This document shows positions 36,363-47,600 of a DNA stretch of 64,000 nucleotides, in pieces. Positions within the stretch are counted from its first letter, which is position 1; every line of letters starts with the position of its first letter. Source of the stretch: Alloascoidea hylecoeti (Eukaryota); assembly GCA_001600815.1 (NCBI GenBank), contig BCKZ01000040.1, forward strand, positions 1 through 64,000, written 5' to 3'. The notes under the pieces were generated by a model, which was not told the DNA's origin, ran no database searches, and saw only the letters and a list, made by a program, of their open reading frames with translations. Position numbers and translations under genes: made by a program.

Positions 36363-37895
36363 TTAATAATAAGCTCCCCTTCCGGTATAATTAACATTAA
36401 CATTTTTATTTTCACTTATATTTAAATTTTCAATAATTGGAAACCATTTTTCAATTTTAAAAGGCATTTCTCTTCCAGATGGCCAATTATTCATAACTTC
36501 ATCAATTGTTGCTAATTTTTGAAATGTTAATTTATCATTTTGATTTTTAAATATTTTTTCATAATCAATTAAATATGACATTAATATGGATGCTTGATAA
36601 TATAAACCATTTTCCCAATTTATTTTTTTATTCAAAAATGTTGGTAAATTTAATGATGTATAATTATTATCATTTATTGATGTATTTTTTTTAAATTTAT
36701 TAATTGATTTAAATACTTTTTTATTTCCATCTTTGTTGCTTGATGATGATGTTGATGATTTTTTATTAAATAATGAATATAATGAATCTCTTTTTAAATT
36801 ATTTAAATTTAAAATTTTTGATATATCATTAATTGATAAATTTATTAATGTTATTGATTTACCTAATTCATTTTTAATTTCATAATCTAATGATAAAAAT
36901 TTTTCAATTGTTGATTTTAAATATAAATTAACTTCAATTAACCAATTTTCAAAACCATTTATAAATACCAAATTTTCTGTTGATGAAGATGAAGATGAAT
37001 TTGATGATAAAGATTTAATTATTGAATTACTTAATTCAGATGATGTTTTAAATATAGTTAAAGCAAATATTCCAATTCTTGACATTAATGATGGTTTTGT
37101 TTCATTTGTTGTTGTTGAATATAATGATTTATGAAGGATTAATAAATGTGAAGAACCTATTAATAATTTTTTTAATAATGAAATAATTAATGGATTAAAT
37201 TCAATATTTTTATTATTTTTATCATTTTCTTCAATTTCGTTTTTTGATAATTGTTTTGATTCAATTAAAAAATTTAAAATATTTCTTGCTTTTAATATAA
37301 ATGATGAAGATTTATTCCATAAATTTGATATTTTTATTTCATCATCTAATTCAAATGATGATGATGATGATAAAACAATTTGATTTGAAAGTTTTGTATA
37401 TGATAAAATTAAACCAATTATACTTATTGTTATTTCATCCCTTAAATTATTAATTTCAATTATTCTTCTTTTATTTTCATTATGATTATGAATATGTATT
37501 GATTTCATATTCATATTTTTTAAATTTATATTTATATTTGAATTATTATTTGTTATTATAAAAAATGGTGATTCCCATTTTGATTTAAAAATTATATTTT
37601 TTGCATTTTTTGAATATAAATCTGAATACAATTTATTTTCACCACCTATACCAATTGATGGAATTGAATTTGATGAAAATTCATTATTTAATTGATTATT
37701 ATATAAAAATGTAAATAATGAAGAAAGATATGATTCAAAATTATCAATTATATTTCTAGTATCTGTTGCTGAATTGATATCATAAGAAGATAAAGAAGCT
37801 TGAAGTTCAGATTGACCTAATGAGCCCTGTGATATTACATCACTTGTTGGAGTACCTATTGGATTAGGTAAAGGGAATTGAAAAAAGGTTGACAT
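36363..37895 (-). CDS. palC: pH-response Bro1-domain protein PalC (YGR122W-like)
   Basis: MSTFFQFPLP start, NDKLTFQ...WPSGR, and C-terminal YTGRGAYY typical of PalC. Confidence 0.75.
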   Translation of the reverse strand: MSTFFQFPLPNPIGTPTSDVISQGSLGQSELQASLSSYDINSATDTRNIIDNFESYLSSLFTFLYNNQLNNEFSSNSIPSIGIGGENKLYSDLYSKNAKNIIFKSKWESPFFIITNNNSNININLKNMNMKSIHIHNHNENKRRIIEINNLRDEITISIIGLILSYTKLSNQIVLSSSSSFELDDEIKISNLWNKSSSFILKARNILNFLIESKQLSKNEIEENDKNNKNIEFNPLIISLLKKLLIGSSHLLILHKSLYSTTTNETKPSLMSRIGIFALTIFKTSSELSNSIIKSLSSNSSSSSSTENLVFINGFENWLIEVNLYLKSTIEKFLSLDYEIKNELGKSITLINLSINDISKILNLNNLKRDSLYSLFNKKSSTSSSSNKDGNKKVFKSINKFKKNTSINDNNYTSLNLPTFLNKKINWENGLYYQASILMSYLIDYEKIFKNQNDKLTFQKLATIDEVMNNWPSGREMPFKIEKWFPIIENLNISENKNVNVNYTGRGAYY

Positions 37896-38359
37896 TTGAT
37901 AAATAGGATAAATATGAAGATCAATATAGATATGAATATATTGAATATGGAGGTGACAAATGTGATGGTATTTACGCGTACTCATGCCTAAATATACGCA
38001 AATTAGAACATTAAATATTTATCTACCACCAATAGGCAAAAAGTTTGAAATATTAAGCAATAATTAATAGAATTCTGGGGAATTATTTTACGAAGTTTCT
38101 GTGCTTGAGTGACAAGTTATGTCAATTTTTTTTATACTCATATCATTCTACATTGAAATATGCAATTCCTCGAACTCTACATCTTATCTCTACCTATCAA
38201 ATGTAAATCCTCAGAGCTTAAGCTTATCTTTGAATCGTAATAATTTTTTGTTATTTATAACGTTTATCACAAGATTACATTTTTATTTAAAAACAATAGG
38301 ATTTTCCTCATTTTCTCTATCGTGTGCGTACATCATATACATTTTTATATAATAGCTTT

Positions 38360-39805
38360 ATGAATTCAATAATTAGCCATCTCAGTAAACGAGGTGACAT
38401 CACCATACAAACCTTTGATACTGGAGATACAGCATACCTTTTAATTTCAACATGCATGGTTTTAATTATGGTTCCTGGTTTAGGATTTTTATATTCAGGA
38501 TTAGCAAGACGTAAATCAGCTTTATCATTAATATGGGCATGTTGGATGGGAGGAATAGTTGCAATTTTTCAATGGTATTTTTGGGGTTATTCATTAGCAT
38601 TTTCAAAAACAGCAAGTAATCATTTCATTGGAGATTTAAGTTCTTTTGGTTTAAAAAATTTATTAGAACCTGCTGCTAAAGAAGGAAATTATCCAGAATT
38701 GGTATTTGCAGCTTATCAAGGTATGTTTATGGCAGTTACTGCAGCAATTATTGTTGGAGCGATATGTGAAAGAGGTAGATTATTTCCTTCTTTAGTCTTC
38801 ACTTTTATTTGGTGTACTATTGTTTATTGTCCAATAGCTTATTGGGTATGGAATAGTAATGGATGGGCTTATAGATATGGAGTGTTAGATTACGCTGGCG
38901 GAGGTCCCGTTGAAATTGGTTCAGGTTTCGCTGCTTTTGCATATTCAGCAGCATTAGGCCCCCGAAAAGAAAAGTTTTTGGCCAATTTTAGAGCTCATAA
39001 TGTTTCAATGGTTACTTTGGGAACCGCTCTTCTATGGTTTGGCTGGCTGGGATTTAATGGAGGTTCAGCTTTAGGAGCCAATATGAGAGCAGCTTACTCC
39101 ATTTGGAATTCTAATCTAACGGCAGCACTTGGGGCTGTTACTTGGGTATTACTGGATTGGAGAATGGCTCGGAAATTCACAGCGGTTGGAATGTGTTCTG
39201 GTGTTATTTGTGGATTGGTGGCTGCAACTCCTGCTTCTGGTTGTATAACGTTATATGGATCTGTTGTGCTTGGTATCGTTGCTTCAACTGTCTGTAACTT
39301 TTCAACCAAGATTAAATATTTGGTACATGTAGATGATTCTTTGGATTGCTTTGCAGAGCATGGCATGGCAGGCGTTGTAGGACTTATTTTCAATGCATTA
39401 TTTGGAGCAGATTGGGTTATCGGATTGGATGGAGCTACAGATCATGATGGAGGTTGGATTTCACATAATTGGAAACAATTGTATAAACAAATTGCATATA
39501 CAGTAGCTTGTTGTGCATATGTTCTGGTAATAACATATGTCATTTGCATAGTGCTAAACAAAATACCCGGTTGTCATCTACGAGCAACGGAAGATGGGGA
39601 ATTTAATGGAATGGATGAAGATCAAGTTGGAGAATTTGCATACGATTATGTTGAAGTAAGAAGAGATTGGTTAGCGTGGGGTTCAGATGATTATACAAAA
39701 CAACAAACTCCAGTAAATATAGAGGTTCATGATGGAATTGATGTCAGCACAAGTGATGTAGATAACCAAGTATCTTCGAACCAAGATCTTCAAGAGAAGG
39801 TTTAA
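38360..39805 (+). CDS. MEP1: Ammonium transporter, Mep1/Mep3 type
   Basis: PGLGFLYSGL, DYAGGGPVEI, LLWFGWLGFNGGS, GLVAATP, FAEHG; first in-frame ATG at 38360. Confidence 0.9.
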   Translation: MNSIISHLSKRGDITIQTFDTGDTAYLLISTCMVLIMVPGLGFLYSGLARRKSALSLIWACWMGGIVAIFQWYFWGYSLAFSKTASNHFIGDLSSFGLKNLLEPAAKEGNYPELVFAAYQGMFMAVTAAIIVGAICERGRLFPSLVFTFIWCTIVYCPIAYWVWNSNGWAYRYGVLDYAGGGPVEIGSGFAAFAYSAALGPRKEKFLANFRAHNVSMVTLGTALLWFGWLGFNGGSALGANMRAAYSIWNSNLTAALGAVTWVLLDWRMARKFTAVGMCSGVICGLVAATPASGCITLYGSVVLGIVASTVCNFSTKIKYLVHVDDSLDCFAEHGMAGVVGLIFNALFGADWVIGLDGATDHDGGWISHNWKQLYKQIAYTVACCAYVLVITYVICIVLNKIPGCHLRATEDGEFNGMDEDQVGEFAYDYVEVRRDWLAWGSDDYTKQQTPVNIEVHDGIDVSTSDVDNQVSSNQDLQEKV

Positions 39806-40010
39806 TTTTAAAAAGGAGAAAAAATTAATTATAAATTATAAAGTTATATAAATAAAAGTTTATACCAATAAAAGTGTTTTTGTTTTTGACCCAACACGTG
39901 GGAGGTGTAAAATGTTGGAAAAACCTCTTTTTCTTTTTTTTTCTATTTAATTTCCCTTCTTTCCTTCTTTTTCTTCTTTATTCTTTATAGAAGCATATAT
40001 TATAATCGAA

Positions 40011-40336
40011 GTAAGTTATTTAATGTTTTATTTAATGATGTTTTTTTTTGGGGTGTTCTTGTATTTGCCGATCAAGGTTTTGGTTTGGTCCGAAATATCT
40101 CGTTTCTAGTTGGTCAGAATTCATGTTTTCATGATCCTGACGAAAAATAAAAATGAGATAATGGTAATATGAGGGGTTATAATATGAAATAACATAATGT
40201 TTATCTTTTTTTATTGAACTGCCATTACTCGACTATCCTCTTTGAAATGATTGAAATGATTTATCCTTGGCTCGGAGAATAACAATAAGATATATTGATA
40301 TGACCAATAATATTAACCTCAATTTATTTACTATAG
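40011..40336 (+). other. Probable 5' UTR intron of POR1
   Basis: GTAAGT at 40011, TATTAAC at 40311, TAG at 40334-40336, 5 nt before the ATG at 40342. Confidence 0.6.
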
Positions 40337-40341
40337 TAACA

Positions 40342-41187
40342 ATGGTCGCCGCTTTTTCTGATATCTCAAAACCAACAAATGATCTCTTAGGAAGAGATTT
40401 CTTTCATTTGGCAAAAGCCGCTTTAGATGTTAAAACAAAAGCCCCAAATGGTGTTACATTTGCCGTTAAAGGTAAATCTTCTCAAAAAGATTCTTCAATT
40501 AGTGGTAATATTGAAGCTAAATATGTTGATAAATCTTCTGGTTTAACTTTAACACAAGGTTGGACAACTTCAAATGTTTTGGATACCAAAATTGAATTAA
40601 ATGAAGCTTTATCTCCAGGTTTAAAAAGTGAATTAGTTACTTCAATTACTCCTGAAGGTAAAAGAAATGCAAGATTAAATTTATTTTTTGCAAATCCAAA
40701 TTTTAATGCAAGAGGCTATTTCAATTTATTAAAAACTCCAAGTTTTACAGGTGATGTTACTGTTGGTCATGATGGTTTCTTATTTGGTGGTGAAGTTGGT
40801 TATGATATTTCTTCTGCTAAAGTTACAAGATATGCTGCTGCTTTAGGTTATTCTTCACCATTATATAGTACTTCAATTACTGCTTTAAATAACTTTTCTG
40901 TTTTTTCTGCTGGTTATTTCCATAAAGTTACTCCTTTAACAGAAGCTGGTGCAAAAGCTGTTTGGGATTCAAAAAATCCAAATGTTTCAATAGAATTAGC
41001 ATCAAAACATATCTTAGATGGTGGTGCTTTTGTTAAAGGTAAAATTAATAATGCTGGTATTGCAACTTTAGCTTATCAACAATCTTTAAGACCTGGTGTT
41101 AAATTAGGTCTTGGTGCAAGTGTTGATGCTCTTAATTTACAAGCTCCTGTTCATCAATTAGGTCTTTCTCTTTCATTTGCTGCTTAA
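40342..41187 (+). CDS. POR1: Mitochondrial porin (VDAC)
   Basis: 281 aa: FSDISKPTNDLLGRDF, TLTQGWTTSN, KINNAG, LRPGVKLGLG. Confidence 0.95.
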   Translation: MVAAFSDISKPTNDLLGRDFFHLAKAALDVKTKAPNGVTFAVKGKSSQKDSSISGNIEAKYVDKSSGLTLTQGWTTSNVLDTKIELNEALSPGLKSELVTSITPEGKRNARLNLFFANPNFNARGYFNLLKTPSFTGDVTVGHDGFLFGGEVGYDISSAKVTRYAAALGYSSPLYSTSITALNNFSVFSAGYFHKVTPLTEAGAKAVWDSKNPNVSIELASKHILDGGAFVKGKINNAGIATLAYQQSLRPGVKLGLGASVDALNLQAPVHQLGLSLSFAA

Positions 41188-41647
41188 TTTTAATCAGATA
41201 GCAATATATCTATTAGAATATAACATACATTAATATTATATTATTAGTTTAATTGAAACTGCGTGCAATTGATATCTTTTTTAATCATTTATATATTTGT
41301 ATATAACTAGATTTAATTGTAATAAGAATATTATTTCAGTATGATTAAGATATAAAAAATTAAACACGTATTAACTTTATTATTTATACAGGTAGCCCCA
41401 CCCACTTTCGTCTAAATTAATATTGTAGTCTAAATATTTCACCATGTGATACTTACATCGTGTCGTGAACTTATTAAAAAACGGTACACTAGCTGATAGT
41501 ACGATACAACGAAAATGGAAATACAATCAAGCTTGAGAATATCAATAACAATGATCCATACCTTGACCAAAAATGAAGAACTCTCTCGTGTAGAACCTGA
41601 CATCTAGATTGAAGAATAAATATTTGACTTGTAAAGACCAAAATTGT

Positions 41648-42066
41648 GATATAAACGGTGTATCCCGGAAGTTTTGTCTGCTTCAACCCGGGGATTGGCT
41701 ACCCCACAGAATTTACAATGATGAATTTAACTCACCTCATGGATACCCGCAATAGGCCCGAATTGTAGATACATCGCAGTAGCACTACCACGGCCGTCTG
41801 CCCGGGCCCGGCCTAGTTTGGGATGAGATAAATTGAGTAAATAGACAAGACTTCATTATCTGTTTCGATTCAAAACAAAATCACATTACATAATCATTAA
41901 TAATCAGATTAAAATGGAGACCTGATGTTACCAGATTTTGTAAATTTTGGGGCATTGTAAATATAAAATACTTTTCTCATCAGTGGTAGTAATTATATTA
42001 AAAACAATGTAGTAATCTTTTAATAATTATTAATTATTAAAATAAGTGGGAAACACCGTTTACATA
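41648..42066. ncRNA. Candidate structured ncRNA of unassigned class
   Basis: Terminal helix 41652-41666/42048-42062 (14/15 WC); nested helices 41668-41679/41843-41854, 41725-41734/41834-41842, 41746-41758/41810-41822; GC-rich core within AT-rich intergenic DNA. Confidence 0.55.
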
Positions 42067-42089
42067 GAACTAACTAATCATAAATATAA

Positions 42090-44501
42090 TCACCATTCTA
42101 AATCATTAGCCCATTGAACACCTCTTGCTTTACTTACAGATTCTCTTTTTAAAGACCTTCGTGATCTTAATCTATGACCTCCAACGATAGGTTCATCTTC
42201 ATTTTCATTGTTAGGATTAAATTTCTTTTGTTCTTTTGCTTCTTCATCAATCATCATCGCCTTTTTATGAGCAATTAAATATTCACGTAATTCAGATCGA
42301 TTATAAACACCATAATTTCTTTCATTATTTTTTTTAATATTTTTTTCTTTATCATTATTTGATAATGATGTTGGTATTGAAATATCATAAACAGGATGAA
42401 TTATAAAATTTTCTTTATCTTTTATTGATAACTTAAAATTTTTATTATTTAAATAATTTGTCGTATTAATATATGATGGTTTTATATTTAATTCAGTTGC
42501 TTTTTTTGTAATTGATGATAAATTTAATTTTGAATTTTTTGTTTTATCTATTATTAATCCTAAACTTTTTCCATTTTTTTTTAAAATGGTTTTTAAATTT
42601 ATTAATGATATTTCATTATTTGAATTTGAATTTGAATTTAATTTTATTGGAGTAAATATACGACCAGGAGATTTTGGATAATTTGAATTATTTAATCTTG
42701 TTGATCGACGAATTATTGGTTCTTTATCTTTTTCATTTTCTTGTAATTGTGATTGTTTACGTGATGATCTTGATTTTGGTTTATCTTGTGGACTTAGTGA
42801 TTTTAATGAATTTCTTGTATTTTTAATTTTTGGTGTTTGAGTTCTTTTAACTACTGTAGTTGGTGTTTGAAGATGATGAGATTTAATTCCAGTATTAGTT
42901 GGTTTTGATTTAATGGATCTCTCTCTTGATCTTGAACTATTAGTATCATTTGTATCATTTGAGCTAACATTTGCTCTTCTTCCTCGTGTAGACCTCATTG
43001 GTGTAGCAGGCGGTAGTGCTATTTTAGAATTATCTTGTTCTTTTATATTTGAATTTTTATCAGATTCATTATTATTTTGTGATCGTAAATTTCGTCTTGG
43101 GGTGGTAATAAATGTGGGTCTAGATATATTCTTAGAATTTCGATTTGATGTAGGTAACATACGATGTGTTGCAACTGGTTTAGGAATTGAGGATGATCTT
43201 GACCTTGAAGAGGATCTTGATTTCGGTATCGATATTGGTTGTTTAGAAACTGATGATATACTATTTTTAATATCTGGTTGAGTAGGTGTAGCCATCTGTT
43301 TTGTTTCTTGTTTGGTTTCAGAAGGTAATTCTTTAGTTTGTTCGATCGATAATGAAAGTTTTAGAGGTGTTTCATTATCCTTTATACTACTACCCTTATC
43401 ATCCTTTTCAGGAGTATTATCAATATTGTTTTTATTATTCTTATGATCATCACAATTTGTCGTATTTTCCCATGATAAATCTTTTTCTTTTTTTACCTTC
43501 TTAGTATTCTTAATAGGACTATCTGGAAAATCAGCAAATACATCAACAGGTCCAGTTTTAAAATTTAATTGCAATGAACCATCTTGTGATATATTGATGT
43601 TATCATTATGTGTAATAGCGATATCTTTTTGTTCTAACATTTGTAAATTTGGTTTAATGTCTTGCTGATCATCTTGTAGTTCACTGTAATCCTCTATATC
43701 AAATGTAATTGTATCAAAAGAATCAGAATCATCTGAAAAAATAGGCATGTTTTCAATATCTTCAAGTGTTAAAGAAGTTAATAATTGAGAAATATCAGTC
43801 ACTTCAAATTCATTAAAAACTGTTGTTTCATTTTCTTCTTCATTTAATGAAGAACTTATGACATTTGTTGAATTATTATGATCATTTAATGATAAATTAT
43901 TCAAATTCATACAGAATTGATCAATATTATTATTTATTTCATAATCTTGTTGTTGAGGACCCATACCAAAATTCTTAAAATCTTCATCATTAAGTTGTAA
44001 GTGATTATTACTATTGTTTTTCATTAAACAATTTGAAAAATAATCAATGATAACTTCATCAGTAATATATAAGTCTGTTAAATTTTCAGGATCATCATTT
44101 ATATCTGAATCTGAAGTAAAATCAGATCCTTCTTCTAAACCCTTTGGCAATTGATGTAATTTCTCAAGCTCCTTGATATCATTAAAAGTATCTAAATTCA
44201 TACCAATATAATTATTGTTTAGATCATTGCTAAGATCAGTGTTGAAATCATTCTTAAGAAAATCCATTTCTGCCTCTAAATCGATATCCATATCCATATC
44301 TACATCCATATCAATATCAATATCGGTGTATATATTCTGATTTTCTCTACTTAAAAAATTAAGTGATGGAATCTGATTAAAGGTATCTAGATCCAAATTT
44401 AGGTTATTATCGTGAAGAGTCTTCATTTTAAACTTGTTTAATAAAAAAAGAAGTTTAATTTGAATGTTTTCATTTTTGTTGTTTTGTTGTTCTGTTGACA
44501 T
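42090..44501 (-). CDS. Hypothetical 803-aa low-complexity protein (acidic N-half, basic Ser/Thr-rich C-half)
   Basis: Long ORF; ends ARGVQWANDLEW. Confidence 0.8.
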   Translation of the reverse strand: MSTEQQNNKNENIQIKLLFLLNKFKMKTLHDNNLNLDLDTFNQIPSLNFLSRENQNIYTDIDIDMDVDMDMDIDLEAEMDFLKNDFNTDLSNDLNNNYIGMNLDTFNDIKELEKLHQLPKGLEEGSDFTSDSDINDDPENLTDLYITDEVIIDYFSNCLMKNNSNNHLQLNDEDFKNFGMGPQQQDYEINNNIDQFCMNLNNLSLNDHNNSTNVISSSLNEEENETTVFNEFEVTDISQLLTSLTLEDIENMPIFSDDSDSFDTITFDIEDYSELQDDQQDIKPNLQMLEQKDIAITHNDNINISQDGSLQLNFKTGPVDVFADFPDSPIKNTKKVKKEKDLSWENTTNCDDHKNNKNNIDNTPEKDDKGSSIKDNETPLKLSLSIEQTKELPSETKQETKQMATPTQPDIKNSISSVSKQPISIPKSRSSSRSRSSSIPKPVATHRMLPTSNRNSKNISRPTFITTPRRNLRSQNNNESDKNSNIKEQDNSKIALPPATPMRSTRGRRANVSSNDTNDTNSSRSRERSIKSKPTNTGIKSHHLQTPTTVVKRTQTPKIKNTRNSLKSLSPQDKPKSRSSRKQSQLQENEKDKEPIIRRSTRLNNSNYPKSPGRIFTPIKLNSNSNSNNEISLINLKTILKKNGKSLGLIIDKTKNSKLNLSSITKKATELNIKPSYINTTNYLNNKNFKLSIKDKENFIIHPVYDISIPTSLSNNDKEKNIKKNNERNYGVYNRSELREYLIAHKKAMMIDEEAKEQKKFNPNNENEDEPIVGGHRLRSRRSLKRESVSKARGVQWANDLEW

Positions 44502-44629
44502 CTTTCCTCATTAGGTAATTTACACACGTGCAATAGATTATGCAATCTATTATTAAAAATGACTAATCAAATACATTTTTTTATTCCATCTTAATTATAT
44601 TGAAGAAATATCAGAAATTAATCCAACAA

Positions 44630-45619
44630 ATGTCTGCTTTAAACTCATTCAGGACGAAATCTAAAAAACTACTGGAAACTCTTGTGTTTTGTCAAATGAG
44701 TATTGTTCCTACTCCCTTAAGTTTTGAAGAGACAAGATATATTTATCATCAATTTGTTAAAGTTAATGATATACTGAATTATTCACAGTCAACAGTAAGT
44801 ATCATTATTTGAAATATGTGAACTATTTATCTGACTTTTTAATTCAAGGCACCATATCCTTATAAAGTTCCTGGAAAATCGATTGATATCACCTATTGTG
44901 TGGATCCAACATTATCTTTAGAATCAGCAAGAATTGATGAAAAAAAAACACAATTAATTGATTATTTAACAAGAATAAGAGGTTTACCGATGCTTGCTTA
45001 TTATAACCAGCAGAGAGAAGTCAATGAACAGAATCAAGAAACTTCATCTGATGTAAATTCAGATTCTTTTATAATTAAACCTGATTTAATCAAAAGTAGA
45101 ATATCTAATCTTGACTATGAGTTAACAGATCTAACTTCTGAAAATCCATTTTTTGTCATTAAAAATATTGAATCTATACCTATAACTGAGAGAGATGATA
45201 CTTTAAAAGTTCCTTTTAACTATAAAACTATGTACTCTGTCGAGCCAAAATTGATTACTTCACATACAAAAACCATTGAAGCATTATTAACTCTTTCTGG
45301 TCATGAGTATAAAGATGCTATAATAGGACGCTTGCGAAAAGGTTGGCCATGGCGTTACACCTCAGATAAAGACAAATATAAGCATATATACAGAGATTTC
45401 GATAGTGATATAATTCATCCAAAAGAACGTGAAGAGATCAACAATTTCATAAAAAATGAATACATAAAAAGGGAAGCAGAAGAAAAAAAATTGTTACAAG
45501 GATTTAATGGATTTATTGATAGAGATGAGGATATAAATGATATAGAGGTTCCAGATTTCCCTCGGATTTCAGATAGTAATAATTATCTTTTTCCTAGATA
45601 TAATAATGATGACAAATAA
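44630..45619 (+). CDS. Hypothetical protein, 311 aa; exons 44630-44794 and 44849-45619
   Basis: Intron 44795-44848 (GTAAGT...CTGAC...AAG) joins the two ORFs in frame. Confidence 0.7.
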
Positions 45620-45759
45620 TTTAAATTATTATGAATAGGATGATTGTATATATAGAAATTTTAACATTAAGCATCTTTATTATGAAACATATTGATTGAT
45701 GATGGTAAACGTTTAACATGAATGTGGATATACTCGTAAGCCATATTAAATTATACTAT

Positions 45760-47379
45760 TTAATTGATCGTTAGTTTTTCAATGATTTTATCCATCTCTT
45801 CTAAATCCTTCTTAAGTAAATTAGCCAAGAAAACAAGTCCTGTTTGTTGTTGTTTCAATATCTTTGAAATTTTCTCAATCTGTTCACTGTCCATTTCAAA
45901 AGACACTCCATCATATGAACCATTACCACTATTACTTCGTTGTTGTGTAGCTAAATTATTACTAATTGAATCCCAACCACTATGATTGTTTTTCATTTGT
46001 TCACTAATAACCCGAGCACGTTCACGTAATACGGACATCCTAGCCCATATTTCGTTAATTCTTCCAAATATAGCAGGATCATCAACTGTTGAATTTAATT
46101 TATGTAATTTTTGTGCTAATTGTTCTTCATCAGGTCTTAAAACAAATCCTCTATTTTTTAGAACTTCAATTTTAACAGCTAATCTGATTGTTTTATGTGC
46201 TAATTTTGTTTGTTTTGCCTTCATTTCATTAATTTTAATTGTTGTGTATAAATCATGTCTATCTGATAATTCATTTAATTTTGTCAAAATTTGTCTCATT
46301 ACTGCTCTATATGCCATAACCTGATTTTGTTGTTGTTTAACACGTTTTTGTAAATCAGTAAAGCCAATTGCTAAAACAGGAACACTTTCATTATTTGGTC
46401 GACTTGACATTGCTTTATCCCATTTTTCTTGTGATTCATTTGGTGGTTTAGTATATAATGATGATTCTGCTGCACCTACTTTATTATAAAAATAATGTTG
46501 AAATTGACAATTTGGTGATGTAGGATCCCAAGATTCTTTAACTTTAGTTAATTGTTCTGTAATTTGTAATGAATTAGAATAAGATTGAGATGTTTGATCA
46601 TTATTTGAATTATTTGTTGCATTTAAACCTGTGGTTGCTCCAAATTGACTTCTATTTTGTTGTGCAACTGATTGACCAAATAATGAATTTTGAGGCTGAT
46701 CTCCTGGTTTTGACCACGAATAGGTAGGTTGATTAGATGTAGAAGCACCAAATAAAGATTGTCCTTGATTTTGATTTGTTTGTACTTGAGATTGATTTTG
46801 TTGTGTTTGCCCAAAAAGACTTCCTCCTGTATTACCTCCTTGTGTTGCACCAAATAATGATGTATTATTATTATTGTTATTATTATTTTGTCCAAAAAGG
46901 GTTGTTCCTGTATTTCCCCCAGTTGTTGGTTTTCCAAATAAAGAGGTGCTATTATTATTATTATTATTATTGTTGTTGTTGTTGTTGTTGTTCTGTCCAA
47001 AAAGGCTTGTACCTGTATTTCCTGTTGGCTTTCCAAATAAAGAGGTGCTTGTATTATTGTTATTATTGTTTGTGTTCGCGTTATTTCCTCCAAAAAGGGT
47101 ACTAGTATTCGAAGTAGCATTGTTATTATTATTATTACCAAACATTGAAGTGGTGTTAGTATTTGAATTCGTATTTGAATTGCTAGCAGCACCAAATAAT
47201 GATGGGCCGGTATTTGATGTCGTACTACTATTGTTTCCAAATAATCCACCTGGCTTTTGAGCTGTATTACCAAACAATGAAGATCCATTGTTAGTTGTGG
47301 TATTAGCAGTGTTTCCAAATAACCCACCTGGTTTGCTGGCATTGGCACCAAACGCATTACTGGACGTATTTCCAAACAT
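45760..47379 (-). CDS. NUP57: FG nucleoporin Nup57 (Nup54 family)
   Basis: GGLFG/SLFG repeats, then KESWDPTSPNCQFQHYFYNKV and a coiled-coil region. Confidence 0.9.
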   Translation of the reverse strand: MFGNTSSNAFGANASKPGGLFGNTANTTTNNGSSLFGNTAQKPGGLFGNNSSTTSNTGPSLFGAASNSNTNSNTNTTSMFGNNNNNNATSNTSTLFGGNNANTNNNNNNTSTSLFGKPTGNTGTSLFGQNNNNNNNNNNNNNNSTSLFGKPTTGGNTGTTLFGQNNNNNNNNTSLFGATQGGNTGGSLFGQTQQNQSQVQTNQNQGQSLFGASTSNQPTYSWSKPGDQPQNSLFGQSVAQQNRSQFGATTGLNATNNSNNDQTSQSYSNSLQITEQLTKVKESWDPTSPNCQFQHYFYNKVGAAESSLYTKPPNESQEKWDKAMSSRPNNESVPVLAIGFTDLQKRVKQQQNQVMAYRAVMRQILTKLNELSDRHDLYTTIKINEMKAKQTKLAHKTIRLAVKIEVLKNRGFVLRPDEEQLAQKLHKLNSTVDDPAIFGRINEIWARMSVLRERARVISEQMKNNHSGWDSISNNLATQQRSNSGNGSYDGVSFEMDSEQIEKISKILKQQQTGLVFLANLLKKDLEEMDKIIEKLTIN

Positions 47380-47600
47380 TTATGGCAATTGTCTTTATAA
47401 AAATCTTTCTATGAGATTTGTTTACTCTTTTTTTTGGAGGTGAAAAGTTCCAATGGGTGTTCGGGTGCACAGTACCACATGTTCGCTGAAGATTCATTCT
47501 CAGCGTACAGCTCAGCACCAACCAAGAGGAGCCAATTACAACGCAGGTTTCTAACATTATAACTAAAAAATCCCAAAGACATTTAGTCCTACACATCAAA

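Noticed and set aside
41449..41460. ATACTTAC, U1 snRNA-like 5' end
   Set aside because: Continues ATCG rather than CT; no U1 stem-loop I/II motifs follow.
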